Below, in pieces: positions 35,563 to 49,800 of a stretch of DNA of 50,579 nt. This DNA is from Macrostomum lignano (taxonomy: Eukaryota). The position numbers were made by a program, and so were the translations under genes. Under the pieces are notes generated by a model, which worked only from the letters and a program-made list of their open reading frames with translations, did not search any database and was not told where the DNA came from. The stretch is taken from NCBI GenBank assembly GCA_002269645.1, contig NIVC01003420.1, positions 1 through 50,579 on the forward strand, given 5' to 3'. Position 1 is the first letter of the stretch. Every line of letters begins with the position of its first letter.

Positions 35563-36070
35563 CCTCTCAGCCTTGACCTCTCGGCAATTCCTCCCGTAAG
35601 CCTTGACATCTCGGCAATTCCTCCCGTAAGCCTTGACATCTCGGCAATTCCTCCCGTCAGCCTTGACACCTCGGCAATTCCTCCCGTAAGCCTTGACATC
35701 TCGGCAATTCCTCCCGTCAGCCTTGACATCTCGGCAATTCCTCCCGTCAGCCTTGACATCTCGGTAATTCCTCCCGTAAGCCTTGACATCTCGGCAATTC
35801 CTCCCGTCAGCCTTGACATCTCGGCAATTCCTCCCGTAAGCCTTGACATCTCGGCAATTCCTCCCGTCAGCCTTGACATCTCGGTAATTCCTCCCGTCAG
35901 CCTTGACATCTCAGCAATTCCTCCCGTCAGCCTTGACATCTCGACAATTCCCCCCGTCAGCCCTGACCTCTCGGCAATTCCCCCGTAAGCCTTGACATCT
36001 CGGCAATTCCTCCCGTCAGCCTTGACATCTCAGCAATTCCTCCCGTCAGCCTTGACATCTCGGTAATTCC
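35563..36070. repeat. 30-bp minisatellite (cagccttgacatctcggcaattcctcccgt), ~17 units
   Basis: Read directly; explains ORF 35505..35939. Confidence 0.95.
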
Positions 36071-37883
36071 TCAAGATCTCAGCATGGTTATTAGCTCTTA
36101 CCATGGCCTTGGTTGCTTTGCCGGACTTCTCAAATGCTAGAAAGAAATTTGCGATGAGGAAGCTCTTTTCAGCGCATCTCTGATATTGGGAATGTGATAA
36201 ATGTTTCCTAGTTGGCTGCTAAACTAAGAAGCTCACAAGCTTACTAAGAAGTTAAACAAAGAACAACTCGTTACTCTGTGACAATGAGCGTACATATAAT
36301 TGAGCATACGTTCAACAGAGAATACGCTCATGCGGCATCCGTGTCCTGAAATGACTGGTGAATTAGATACAGTTGTACCCCGGCTAAAGACCTAAGGACC
36401 CTTAATGGTGGTAACAATATTTTAGGGCGGCCCTCTGCAGTGCCGTCATCAAGTACTTGCGGCTTTTGTAAGAGTGCAACAGACCGCATCTACTGCACTC
36501 CAACACGCTCTGATAGCACTGCAAATCCCTATTGTTGACCTCGGTACCTTGGACAGATTTACATGCGAGTACATGTACATTCCTTGGGCTGGTGCGTTTC
36601 AAAAACCATGCGACGACTGAGTGCGGATTTGCTGTAAACGAATTAGGGATGAGAAAAGCAATCTGTTTGTCCTCCGAAATGCATCAGTGCGTTGGGATTC
36701 TTTCTGTTTTTCAGCTCCATCAAAACAGTGTTGAGATCAAAATGAACAAAACAATTTGTGTATGCTTTTCTATAAATAGCACTGTCTCTATCTGTCTTGA
36801 GTTGTAATGAAGTACTACAATAGTCTGTAAGCTCTCAGGCTGCCTGTGCATATTTATTAAATTAAACAAATTGATTATTTCGTTGCAGAACTGAAATAAA
36901 ATTTTTGTTAGCTCCTCTGTTCATTTCTATGCTCTGTTTGCAGCCGTTTGGCATATTTTACACGCTATGTTTGTCTTTCTTCATTATTTAATCCGCTGCA
37001 AACTGACTGTAGGCTACGGTTGAGAGCGAGATAGAGTGAAATAAAGGTGAGAAGGGTACACAAACAGGATAGAAGGATAAAATATGGACAAAATCCCGAA
37101 CGGAGCTTCTTTGCTTTGTCTCACGTGAGGTGCCGATCGAGAGAGTCCGCTGTACGAGTCTCGCCTTGTCTCGTATTTTAATCTTCTACTACGAGCGATG
37201 TCTACCTGGTTGTTGCCAGTGGCAACAGAATAGAATGAGAAAATGAATAGAGCCTAATGGTCAAGCAAAAAGAGGGGAGCGTTAAAGAAATGGATGATAG
37301 AATGAGTGAAGTGTGGCAAACAGTATAATGTATTTAGTAGCTGGGCCACGCACAGGGGTGTTTTAGAACACAGAGGCAGAAAATTCTTGTGAAACAAATT
37401 GCTCTACCGATTACAGACATAAGTGGCTGGGGGACTCTTCAAATACTTACACAACTCTAGCATACTCTCAGCACAACTCGCCAAAATACAGCGCGTAGCA
37501 TCTTAAAAGAGGCTCGATTATTTCTTTCCCTAAATAAAGGGGGGGTGAGAGTCCCGAGCCATCCATCTCGGTAGCTACTCGCCCCGCATTGGTTGGCACC
37601 ACGCCGAGTGCCAAACTGACCATTAATAAATGGTCAGTTTTTGAATACCTGGCTGCTTGGATACGAAGACGCCGGGGTAGCAACGGCTAATTTTTAAACG
37701 CCGTTCTACGAGTATAATACCCCAGCTTCCCTGTCAAAAAGCAGCTCTTGAGCTCCGCACAAAAGCTATTGAGCTTTAATCAAAAAGGTACGGCAGTGAA
37801 AGTGATAAACGAGCCTCCTAGCTTCCTTTTTGTGAAAAAATCAAAGTCGCAACTAGGCAGCGGAGTCGGAATCTTGTCGCTCG

Positions 37884-40800
37884 ATGGCTGGCGAGGACGT
37901 TCTGTGCATCGGCGACACAATTGCCCTGTACTCGGACGATGCACTGGGATACGTGTTCGCAACGCAGTCCAGGTGAGTAGCTAGCTTTAAAGTACCCGGA
38001 TTAAATTACTTCCTAAATACTGGCGTTGAAAGACTCAAAGGCGATTTGCTATACAACCCTTGAATTTGAGCAGAAAAAAACCATTTGCCATAGTGAAGTT
38101 TAGTAGAACCTCATTTTTAGGAAGAACAGGAAGTGAAATTACAATATGAAAATAAATGAAACATTTATGAAATTGACAGAAGTGCATCGATTGTGACGAT
38201 CAGCGGTGATCAGCTATATATTTGTTTGCTTTTAGTAGTCTGCTCGTGCAGTTGCTTTTGGTTGTCACACAACCGGTGAGAGACATTAGCGCGCGGATAC
38301 GTACGCAGTCATACGCACAGGCACTCACACAGGGTGCACAGTGGCCCTAACTTATTTATCGTTTGGCATGTACACTTCACTGTGCCTTGGAGGTTGGCCC
38401 TGAAGGCCGCGTCAATTGCACGAGCAGGCCCAAGCCGAGATTCCAATTTAGCCCCAAATTAATGTGACTGCACTTGGAATCGAGCCTGGGCCGCTGGTAC
38501 ATCAGAGTGCCGCGCTTTGCCACTGGGCTACGGCTCCCCTTATCATTTTTGCTTATTTTAGCTCGTACTTTTGCTTCGTACATTCATGTTTAATTATTAA
38601 CGATCTAAATGTACGTGCAAACACAGAACATCTTTCCACCGGCACCCCACCCCCACCCCAAATCTTTGAAAATTACTAATAAAAGGTACATTGAAGATAT
38701 TTTAGCTTCTTCAGTGCGCGAGATTGCAGCGCTTTTACAGACCTTTAGACCGATTGTTTGAGAACACCAAGATCAATTGTGCTGCGTATTTTCTTCGTTC
38801 GTCTTTAAAACCGCACCAATAAACCGCCATTAAGTTTATTCTAGTGACCGTCTACTAAACAGTAGCGAGAAAGGAATGTGAAACGAATCCCTTACTGCGT
38901 GTGTAGAACGGCTGATAGTTAAACAGATAGGTAAACAGAACTTTGCGTGCTCACTGGCGAGGTTCCAGCTCATCGATGAATACCAACGTTACAGAAACCA
39001 TAAATTAATGTGGCCCCGAACGGATTCAAAACAGGGGTCGTGCGCGCGACAGTCAGACGTATTTGCCGCTGGGGCTACTCCGGCTCCTGAGCGGGGCCCA
39101 TGTTTTAGCTTATTCATGTACATTTTCTAGTAAGCAGATCCGAGAGTATAAAAAATATCTGGATGCCCAACTTTGCTTGACTTGCAGTTCCGCTCACGCA
39201 TATCTGGCAGTGAACAGCAAAGAGGACAAGGTGCAGCCGCGATGCCCCGACGCACAGGGTGAGCTTGGCGACCTGACTTCGCTTTGACAACCAACCATTT
39301 CAGGAGAAATTCCGGAAACTGTTAACTCCGGAAACAACTCCAACCTTTTTTGCCATCATCAAGGACCCATCATATCTATATTTTTTGAACAAAAACTTCT
39401 TCTTTAAGAACTTTCGCCACCTTACTAGTGAGCAAATACACAGATGCCCTGACTTCAACGATGCAACACCATTTACGAGTACTGTATGTGCAAATGTTGT
39501 TTTCAGTCCCAATGAAGAAGGAATTTTCACTAACCATTTCTCCCATACAGTTCTGTCCTTCAGAATTTGCGCTGCGAACCGCTACAAACTGCAGAAGGCT
39601 TACAGAAAGCTGGCCGCCTCCTGCATTGAAGACTCTGGCAACATGGCCCAAATGGCCCAGCTAACACAGGCCAAGGTAAGTGTAGGGAAATGTTGTGTGC
39701 TTTTTTCAAAGCTGTGCGAAAAACCTTGTAATTGATAAAAGTCAGTTCAAGTCACAAAAATGGAAACACGAGGAAAAAGGCCCTATACAATCCGGACAGC
39801 GAGCCCCTGCAACCGCCGATGGCAATATATATTTTGGGGTGCCGGGTGCAGCGTCCTACCACTAAATCCCTAACATCCATATACTAAAAATGGTCTTTTG
39901 AAACCATTAATAGAATATGAACTGCTCAAAAGTGACTTTACTAAGATTATGCACTGACTAAGATGAGGCGGAAAATGGAGTTGAGCGTTGCAGACCAGTC
40001 GAAAGGACTAGCAGTTCAAGAGCAAGAAAAACCAAATATCAAAAACATTAATGACAGATCGCGGCAGCGGCCGAGGAGGAGGACAATGCTCTCGAGCAGA
40101 GGCGCCAGAAAGGCAAGAAGGTGCTGTACGGCCAGATGGTGCAGCTGCAGCATGTTTTCACCGGAAAGTTCGTGCACATCAGCACACAGAACACGTCGCC
40201 GACGGAGAGCAGCAACATGCAGGTGACGCTGAGCAGCGAGAACGCCGCCTTCGCCTTGTTCCGCGTGATGCCGCGCTTCAAAGTGAAGGGCGAGGGCGAC
40301 CTCGTGCAGATTGAGGACCAGGTGGTGCTGGAGAGCGTCAAGAGTCCCGGCCAGTTCCTGCACGTCAGCCGGCACAAGTTCGAAGCCCACATGCCGGTGT
40401 ACGCGGACTCCTACGAGCTCAACTTGTCCGTGAGGTTCAGCGGCTTTACACTGATCAGGCGGTACCACGAGACCGAGGACGAGGCCAACAAGATACGAGC
40501 CGGACAGCCCGTCAGGTTCTTCCACACCGAGCTGGAGGCCTACCTGGTGTGTGAGGGCACCTTAAACGAGCCCGAAGTCGAAGACGTTCACCTGCGAGTC
40601 CGAGCTGTCGAACAGACAAAGCCGAAGACCATGTTCCCGCCCACATCCGCCATCTGCTACTGGCAGCTGGAGTTCTTCGAGGGCTGCATCAGCGGCGACA
40701 TCATCAAGTGGGAGCAGCAGGTGCGCATCCGGCACATGTGCACCAGGAAATTTCTCGCCATCAACAAGGATGGCCGTCTTGCGCTCACAGACGACCACTC

Positions 40801-43800
40801 GGACGCCAGAGCCGTGTTCCGGCTGCATCCTGTGCTCAGGGTGAGTAAACACTCGTACGTATTTTGTAGGAGGTCGATAAAAGCCTTGAGTATAAAAACA
40901 CAACTTAAAATTAGTCGCTTTGACTCGAATAGAATTAAGCAACTATCTTTAACTTTTAAGTTTGCATCCGCTGATAAAAACAAGAAGCTCAAATTCAGCG
41001 TGAGTTCGAAATTGACCACACGAAGGCACATAAGCTGCTGCACCTCTTTGCACGCTTTCATTCGGATATGAATTATTGATATGTAAAAGTTCAAATTCCA
41101 AGAATTATAAACGAGAAATGCTTTACGCCGCAACGTATACATTTTTTATATGCTTCTCTCTGCTGTGCATTTTACAACTCAGTGTAGGGCCAGTTGCCCA
41201 ACAGATTTTTACCGACGCTTCTCTCACGTAAAATTACTGTGTGACTCACTGTTTAATTATACAACAGGAGCGGGACGAGATCGAAGACTCAAGCTACTGC
41301 AGGATTGAGCACGTGGTTACTGGCGCCTGGATGCACGGCAGCAAAGGTAGAAGGGATTTCCATTGGTTCATTAGTGTGCTTGATACATGAAATTTGACAT
41401 GAAGTCGAATAAATTTGTTCAATCCGTGTTGCAGAGGACTACGTTCGAAAAGCTATTGACAAAGAGACCGGCAGTTCCAACTCGATGGCCGGTTTGGTGT
41501 GGTCCCAGGCGCCATTGAAGAAGGTAAGAGGAAGGATTTTGCAGCGAACGCATCGGAACTTTGGAGATGGGAGGGGGCAGCTGCCGAACTAATTTACTAG
41601 TGCGAGCTGTACTTTTCTTTTTTCAGACAGCTTCAGTGCTCAATTAAAAAACTGGGAGTGGGAGCTTGAATGAAACGTTATTTTAAGGGTTATTAAAAAC
41701 TACCCTTTCCCATGAAATTGACTGACCCCCCCAGCGAGCTGACCCTGGAAAAGTACCTTCCCCATATTCATTTTCGACCAGTTTACGTTCCATACAACAT
41801 TTGTCAAAACGGTCTCTTATCCACAATGACAACAGGTAGGCATAGTCCAGGAGATGCAGTTCGATGACGCCTTTACCATCTACGCTGTTGAGGAGGACCT
41901 GGTGAACATTTTCAACTATGCAGCCGGCGCCGTGCCATTCGTCCAGAAACTCTGCCACGAGGTGAGAGAAGCGCGGGAAGTTTTTCGATAATTGTTGATT
42001 TTCGAGGAGAAATTTTCTTTGCTCGGAACCTGTAGACACAAAACGAGAGCCAGTACGAGCTATTAAACCCCCGGGGGATTTAACTTGAGGTTCAGCAGCT
42101 GACCTTGCGTGTTTAACTGGCTTGCTTTTAGCTTCGTGGCGATAAGTCGGCCAAGCCAACTGGATCTGCTGCTGGGGAGGTAACATGGTTATTTTACCTT
42201 TCTATGAAAAAATTCAAACACACCCTAATACATAAAGTTTATCGATTAACATCTAACAGATTATTCACAATTCCGCTACGGAGATGTTTGTCAGTGAAAT
42301 CGAAAGTTCATGTAGTATTTGTTCTTTGCACCGATCTCACTGTATATAAGTCGCACAGATGTTTCTTTCTCACCACATTTTGCACTTTACAATGAAATGA
42401 CGCACTTTTGCTATTTTATTTAACTTTGAGTCTGAATAATAGTTTGGCTGAGGAAACCAATGCTTCTCTGACTAATCGGTAACAAAACATTTCAGCGAAA
42501 GCAGCAGCCAGATGCAGTTCATCTGAACGCCTACCGCTGTCATTTGATTGTCACGGCGCTGGGCGAGCTGCGCGACTTCATGATCGTCAACAGCGAGCCG
42601 GTCAAGAAGCGGCAGAAGCTGCTCAGGAATCTTAGGGTAAGTGGCTTTGTTAGTACTTCAGTACTTGAGTCAAAAAGAATGGTGGGAGAACTCGTGTTAA
42701 TCTTTTTAACCAAACGTGCACTTGAGCAGATCGTGGAGCTGCTGGTGCGGCTGCTGCAGACGCCATTCCGAGGAGCAGCCGACCAGCAGTATCTGGTGAA
42801 GATTTTTGTAGAGTGCTACGAAGTCCTGTACACCTACCTGATGGGCGACTGTCGCAAAAATGAGCTCTACATAGCGAAGCACATTGACTTCTTTCGCAGC
42901 CAAATTGTCCTTGAGGTGAGGTTTGTTGGTTGATATCTCTCCAGAAATCAGGAATTCATAGTAAAAATCAATCGATACTAATAAAAGCCAGGCAAAAAGA
43001 AGTACTCTTCACCAGAAATTGTGCATCGTAAAGATGAACTGCCTTTCACTTTTCAGACTTCCTCAGATTGCGTAAGTGCCATACAACACTGATAGTGTGG
43101 CTTCAAATTCACAATTTTAACCACTAACTCATGCTAGCGATTGGAGTTTTTGCTGCGTGCAACACAAATAACAAGAGGTAAAATCATACTTGTTTCAGAG
43201 ATAGTCTGAATTTAACAGAAATAGATTGTGTGTGATAATCTTATCTCCATCCCTACTGCATATTGCCTACTGAAAAGTAGCAAAGAAAGAATGCAGATCT
43301 CTGATAGTGTGAGCAAAAATTTAATTCACTGTTAGTTTAATAGAACTTAGGATTTTTACATGTGGGCCCTGGCTCAACGGGGTTAATACCAGATTACAGC
43401 GAGTAAGAACTCAAAAACTGGTTCTGGCCTATCACGAGTTCGAATCTCTAATTTACGATGAACCAATTTGCCAAAAATGCATACTTTCATCCGTTGTAAC
43501 TTTCTAAAGTGTGAATTTCCTGCTAACATTCGTGAACGTAGCGTCAGAGTTTTGCGCTTAATAAAAAAACTGCTTCTTACCCAGGAGGAAGTGGGTCTCA
43601 GCGCCGCTCACATGATCAAGGAGCTTATCATGGATAACAGAAAGATTGTTGACCGCATTCCTACTAGCTACATCGACGAGATAATGGAGCTTCTCAAACA
43701 GAATCGGGTAAGGATAATGGGAGACAGATAAAATACCTTCAGAGAGTTTTGCTGCAGGCAATGAGTGCAAGAAATTTCCATAATCGACTCCCTAAAGAAC

Positions 43801-46800
43801 TTTCGGTATATCGAACTGCTGAGCATTTTGTGCGTCTGCGACGGTTTGAGCATGCCGGAGAACCAGAACTACATCACTGAGAAATGGCTGGTGGAGGGCA
43901 AGAATTTCTGTCTGGTCTTCTTCACGGATCTTGGACAGGAGGTGGGCAAAGAGAAAGACAAAGTGTTCGTGTCCACTGACAACAGAAGACGTTGGACATC
44001 GCTTGCCAACTTTGCTAAAGATGTGAGGCACTTTTTAGTGCATACTTATATATCAAAACCAAGTTCTTGAATTGCATCTGCAAACCAACAAATTTAAAAA
44101 ATTTTCATATTACTTGGTTGAAGTATCAATCAGCGGTCGCTTCATCAAAGCTTAACTCTGACGGCTCAGTGCAGATCACGCACGTCAAGTCACGCAAGAA
44201 GAAACGCAACGCACGGAAGCTTAGCCCTGAAGAGGTGAGCACCATTCTGCCTTAAAGCCGAATTGCGACATAGGTATTTCATTAGTATGAGTAGCTTTAG
44301 CAACAAGCTTGAGTTCCGGGGCGTCAAATTTGAGATGAATGTGGAAAGTGCAAACACAAGTAGCTCATGGTGGGAGTTAATAAACGACGTCACTAAAGTA
44401 CAAATGTTCGTAAACCACTGAAGAAAAGACAAAGGCCCATTGCCAGGTAACGCCTATCAAACCAGTAGCATCAATTTTCGAGCCAGCACATCCGGTTTGG
44501 CTTTGCCTCGGATTTATGGAAGTTTGCGCTTTAACTCAACTCAACCTTATTGAATGCGATGTACCCGTGAAATGATTTCATTACAGCAAAACGCTACAAT
44601 AATACAAGACTTCCTTTTTCTGGAGCATCAACTCGACCTGTTCGGCAAGCTTTGTCAGGTAAATGAAGACAACAGCATCATTTTTTGTGCGTAAACTGAA
44701 CCCATTGCTCTTTCATGCTGATTTTAAGTACATTGTCGCATTCCATATAAATCCAGGGTCGCAACGCAAAGTCAATCGAGGTGATCACAAAGCGGCTCAA
44801 CTACCTCACCTGGAATGAGGCTTTCATCTGCCTCACCGATGAGGAGCTGCCGGACCAGCTGCGAGCCAAGTACTGCGAGCTCATCACCACCATGTTCGTG
44901 GACGTTGACGACAATATCAGCGTGCTGGACAAGATCGACCTCACCTTCGTCTATGACGATATTGCAAAGCGCAGCAAGGAGCAGCAGGCTACTCAGCTAG
45001 TAGAGATTGTAGGTTTCAGAATCCAAATAAAGATTGAGCATTCAAGCTCAACATTTGCTATTGTGAGTCTCCAGCCATAGCTTCTGACCTGTTAATTTCA
45101 GGACACATCCAGGAAGGCATCGACTCAGCGCTACTTCCCAGCACTTCGAGACTGGTTGGAGGGCTTCTTGGACCAGAACCACGACATGACGGCCTCGGAG
45201 GTCGGGCACAACATTTTGCTGGCGCACGTAATGCAGATGCTGCATTACCTGGTGAGGTTCGGATACTACAACTCCACCACCGACATCAAGAAGCTTCTCA
45301 AGCCGCTGCTGGATCTGCTGGACGGACGAAACGACAAGCCGCTGCCAAAAGGTAACCTGATCTATTTGAAAAATCTATTGAAGTCTCTAAAGAGGCTTAA
45401 AACTGAGGTAATCCAGTTAGGTAAAGAAGAATAAAATCTATTATCTTTAACACTTGCAGGAGCTCTATTGGGTGGCATGGTTGCTAATGTTGCAGGATGT
45501 AAAAATCTTTATTTATCTGTTGATCTCACAAAGCTCTCGTGCATTTGTTACGCACTCAACTGGCTATTAAGTTCACATTCATATTTAGATTTTTCATTTC
45601 ACAAAATATTTTTTAAATTAAAAAGTTTATTAATTCTGTTCAAAAGTTCTGACGAGGAATTGTACTGTGCAAAACATTAGTTTTAGTTAATTGTATCCAC
45701 TAAGAAGCTGTTCACAAGAAAATGGAATAATTTTTTTTACATTTTATTAATTTATTAAATTCGATTTACTGTTAATATTGAAAGCTATTTACGTAGAGTA
45801 AAAAAATACATAGTACGAGCTACATGCACAGGCCTTTGTCATTCTACACAAATATTTATTTTTCATTTGTCACGAATGTTGTCTGATAGCTTATTTGGAA
45901 TTAATATTTCATAGAAACTGATTGCACCGATAACTTCTTGTGAGGAACTGTTATCGTACTAAAATATTGTCTTCAGACCACACAGGTAACTTTATGCGGG
46001 TTTCTCATACTGGTGTGAAATCAATCTTTTCCTCACTGCAGCTGTAACTGCCGACTACGACAAGGTGCTTCAGCACTATCGAACTGGTGATCGATTCAAG
46101 CAATCTAGAGAGACGAAAGCCGTGGTGGACGCAAAATACGAGTAAGATTTCTTGAGCATTTGCCCAGTACTTGCACATGAAGTGCATGTATGCGAGGTCG
46201 CCTATAGAAAAAGTAGAAAGGAAAGAGTGTTAAACTGTTGAATATCAGATAGATGTTCGAGTAAGTGACCAAAGGTGCAGTCCAATTTCAGTTTACCAAG
46301 TGACAACTCAGAGCAGCTCACGAGTTCGAATCTCACTTTCGGACACAGGTGTAGAAAATACTTGTAGAATCTGCAAACTGTATTTTCAGAGCGATGCGAG
46401 TTCTAGACTTGCTCTTCAACTTCCGTTTCAATGTCCGCCTGAGGCGATTTGTTGCCGAGTTCAAAGAAATTCACCAGTTGGCGCAGAGTACGAGCTCATC
46501 CACTCAGGACGCTTTGACAGCTTTGCTCAGCGAGACATATGAGCTTAATGAAAGGTGAGCTTCTTGGAAACGATGTGAGAGAGTCAGAATTTTTAGCTTA
46601 CGGGAGATAAGAGCATAGTGCTCATCCATTTTCAGCGTGGATTCCGTCGCATGCCAACGCTTGGCCGGAATATTATCGGAATCTGCCTACTTCAAGGACT
46701 TCGACATTGTGCAGGTTTTGCTGGTGAGCTGCCTAAACCCACCATTAACCATTGAGTATGTTGAAAGTGACTAAGATAAAAAATTTCAGGACCTGAGCAA

Positions 46801-49800
46801 CTACGACTACCCGAAGATGGTGCAGATGTCTATGTGGCTGATTAACCGTTACCACTCCGCTTACAACCTGCTCTTCAAGCGTGCAGTGCTGGCCCAGGTG
46901 CTCATCACAGACAGGTCTGTAGCCGTGCACAAGATGGTCGAGGAAGAGAGTCACGTGATGCGCCGACTTATCGGCTCTAAGATGACCAAAGCAGACGTGG
47001 AAAAGATGTGCGCAATTTTAACGAAGTTCTGCAAGTAAGCAAAATCGGAAGATATTTTGTTAGTACAGCCTACATTAAAGGGAACGAATAAATCAAAATT
47101 TTCATTTATTCCCTTCAATCAGAGTTTGCCACCTGGACGACGAGCCAGAAGAGAGGCACCCGATGAATCAGGCCATTCTGTACAACCACGGCATACTAAA
47201 TGAGATCTTTGACCTGGTTTCTCAAGACGTGGATATTAACTTGCTGGTAAGTCTCAATATTAGGTAAAATTCATATTATACGCTCGTAACTTCAAGTTCT
47301 AAAGCCAGCAAGTCCACTTCATTTGCGAAATGTTTTTCCTCTCATGGAATTTTCTTTTTAAAATGTTCTTTACAAATAATTACAAGTTTACTTTTCAAAA
47401 ATAGGCTCAAACTTAAATTTTATTATTAGGACGAGTACAGCGGACTTCGCAAAGTGTTCGCCAAGTGCTTCAGCCTGCTGCGCCTCATGGCCAGAGGAAA
47501 CGCGGTCGTACAAAACCACCTGTTCGATCGCCTGGACGCCCTGCTGAGCTGCGTTGGCGCCGAGTCCGAGCTGGCCCTGGCTCTCGCTGAGGTGTTCACT
47601 GGAAATAAGAACACCTGCATGAAAGTTCTGCCGCACCAAATCGCCAGAGCAATGGCTCTCGTGGCGCAGCATGGGTCGAAAGCCCCAGAGTTTCTGGACA
47701 TGCTCAACGCTCTGGTGAAGGTGGAGGAGCTGGACTTGCCGCTCAAGCGCAACCAGGCCTACGTAATGAAGTACTTCATGCAGCATCGAGCCGATGTGGC
47801 TCAGTGCCTCGATCAACCAAAGGAAGCTCAATTTAAGCTGCTCCGTTCAGCCTCCCAATCGCCGGAGTCCGACTACATGATCGCTCTGGTCGACCTGCTG
47901 GCTACCTGTGCTGAGGGCGAGAACCGCTTCATCGAGTCCATCAACCAGACCATCTACAAGGTGAGCGACGTGCTGGCGATTCTGACGGACCCCGCCATCC
48001 CGAACCACAACAAGCGGCCATTCGCGCGCTTCCTGCTGTGGGTCTACCTCAACACGGCCGGCGGGCTCATCGAGAGCGGAGCCGGAGACCTGCCGCACGA
48101 CGCCAACATGTGGCAGCTGTTCGGCATGGTGAGGGAGGACCTGAGTCGCATGGCGGAGCTCGCCGTGGAGAGCCCGCAGCTCGTTCGACAGCTGCTAAAG
48201 GTTCGCGTCTTGAAGAAGTGAGTTTTTGTTCTATTGCATACAAATGGCAACGTCAGAAATAAGTTAAAATACAGTATCAGTCAGTTTAAAATTTGGGATA
48301 ATTTTTCCTTTGATTAATTTTAGGCAAAATTCAATTCCTAAGTCAGCAAAAGGCAGCAAGGAAGAGACAAATGTGGAAGCGCCGCAACAAGTGTAAGTTT
48401 GCACTACTCTGTCCTTGAGTTGTCCTCGCCCAGACGGATCTAATTCAGTGTTGCTATAATTTTCAGCTCGAGTGGTAGCAGCAATGCGAACATCTCGGAT
48501 GGGACTGTTCATGGCACCCTGAAGTTCCTATTTGAAGGCGGGCTGCCCATCATGAATGTAGGCCAGAAATCATGAAAGTGACTACAAAAGCTTCAGTGCA
48601 TATCAGTGAAATCATAATTTTTTCCCAAAATTTTTTAGGTTTTCTTCAAAAATATATTCCTGAAGGATTTGGAAGAGTATCCTATGGAGATCGACGAGAT
48701 AAACAAACTGGTCTCAGTCCTGATGGTAAGATATGATATTCTTGTAGGAAAGGAGAGTTATCACGTGAACCCACAGAATCAAATACTTTTGCATTTTAGA
48801 CGTTTGTCGACGCAATCATGCCGTTGGCTTCGGATGAAAAGTACGTCAAGACACTCCTGGGCTGCACCACAACACTGTTCACCGTCAGCACTTTGCCGAC
48901 CAAGGTGACACATATATTTGACCCTATCCAGTGCGTTTTTATGCATAAGTAAAAACGCATTCTAACAACAACTATGTACCTTTTGCCAGGCTATGGAAGA
49001 ATTTCAGAGCAAGTACGGATCAGCGATGCAATTCAATTGGGACGCACGAACTGAAGGAAGAAAAGTACGCAGACGTAATCAGTCAAATACATCAGCTGAA
49101 ACGCTTTAGAGTTAAAGACGTTCTTTTTTAGTTAGATGCTCTAACCACTATGCTACAACCCCATTAATACAAATAAAAATTAAAGGAAGTCCTTTCTGGC
49201 TTTTATGGACGATACAATCTTCTATTTCAGCAATACGAAGAGTACTACAGCACGGAGGAAGAGCTGAACGCCCAGCTGAATGTATTCGCATTGAACTACA
49301 GCATTGCCTACGGCGGTGAAAACACGCTGCGGGTGCAGATCGGCTTTCCCAGTGATTTGGGTAAGGGATCATTTCTGGCGCTGACTGACCTCCTAGGTTC
49401 AGATTATTTCTTGCAATGCTTTGCTTTTGCTTCACCACAGAATACACCGAGATTGGCAGCGATGAAGAGCTACCGCTCGGTAAAGAGTTCCAGAACCACA
49501 TGAATTGCTTCATCGATACTGATAGGCCTGTATCGGATCCGCTCAAGTTCCAGCTGGCGGGAAAGCTAGTGGAACAGCTGCAGTGAGTATGGCTTTAAAG
49601 ATTTTTTTCTTTATCCGAGGTTTGAGTTCCTTTTCACTTTATGCGACAGTCAGCCAGCAAAATGGAATTTGCACATTAGCGGTACAGTTCAAATGCGGGT
49701 CTCATTGTGCACCCGCAGCATTTCCAATCAAATGGAGCTCACCAACGAGAAGGAGCGGGTCGAGCAGGAAATCCTTGATCTGAAATGCCTGCAGCTGCTG

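Noticed and set aside
35505-35939. MSRLTGGIAE-repeat protein
   Set aside because: 30-bp minisatellite; the array continues beyond the ORF and I see no gene structure.
40016-48250. Antisense ORFs over ITPR exons (e.g. 40016-40525, 41683-42186, 47388-47831)
   Set aside because: Expected shadows of GC3-rich sense exons; the same holds for those over the ENaC and PPP1R3 genes.
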